Source: an uncultured Ruminococcus sp. (GTDB lineage: Bacteria; Bacillota; Clostridia; Oscillospirales; CAG-272). Taken from it: a stretch of DNA of 41,335 nt. The stretch covers positions 1-41,335 of the forward strand of contig CADCPG010000048.1 in assembly GCA_902803255.1 (NCBI GenBank), written 5' to 3'. Shown piece after piece: positions 41,291 to 41,335 of this stretch. The notes beneath the pieces were generated by a model. That model was not told where the DNA came from and made no database searches. It saw only the letters and a list, made by a program, of their open reading frames with translations. A program made the translations under genes and the position numbers. Position 1 is the stretch's first letter. Each line of letters starts with the position of its first letter.

Positions 41291-41335
41291 TCAGTTCCTG
41301 CCGAACCTGCGGTCGAGGTCCGCTTTGCGTATCCT
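41291..41335 (-). CDS. 3' end (14 codons plus stop) of an unidentified gene that continues beyond the window
   Basis: The open frame from the window edge ends at TGA and encodes ...RIRKADLDRRFGRN. High GC3. Too short to identify. Confidence 0.25.
   Translation of the reverse strand, partial: RIRKADLDRRFGRN

Overview
High-GC (about 60%) chromosomal segment. Gene content suggests a Clostridia-class Firmicute, which is an inference from the ECF S-component, CpsBCD module, HPr, LCP protein, DUF4330-like proteins, GlnRS plus alpha2-type GlyRS, and TTGACA/TATAAT promoters sitting in short AT-rich islands. About 44 tightly packed protein-coding genes lie in five strand blocks: minus 2467-8868, plus 9095-10483, minus 10545-19516, plus 19730-36859, minus 36866-41335. 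I could not recognise any rRNA, tRNA, CRISPR array, IS element or phage gene by eye. Most genes are housekeeping: uvrC-rsmD-coaD, rimM-trmD, yajC, glnS-pheS-pheT-tsaE-tsaB-rpiB-ispD-ispF-rpe, glyQS, tgt, xpt and ptsH. Cell-envelope genes are interspersed among them: a CpsC/CpsD/CpsB tyrosine-kinase module with no biosynthetic genes, an O-antigen-ligase-like protein with two DUF4330-like paralogs, an LCP protein, two orphan lipoprotein solute-binding proteins, and an EEP lipoprotein. The most unusual items are these. (1) A single ORF fuses an XRE HTH, a cupin and a complete acyl-adenylate/CoA ligase, and an FAD oxidoreductase follows it. (2) A DivIVA-domain coiled-coil protein is translationally coupled to an HTH plus helical-repeat regulator with RNPP-like architecture. 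(3) An 11-bp phased direct-repeat array lies just upstream of the LCP promoter. (4) An RsmD methyltransferase carries an approximately 85-aa (Glu-Ala)n tail encoded by about 24 tandem hexanucleotides. (5) The BY-kinase tyrosine cluster is encoded by a perfect 9-bp tandem repeat. All family calls come from motif recognition by eye, and no database search was run. The many long antisense ORFs in the track are high-GC artefacts.
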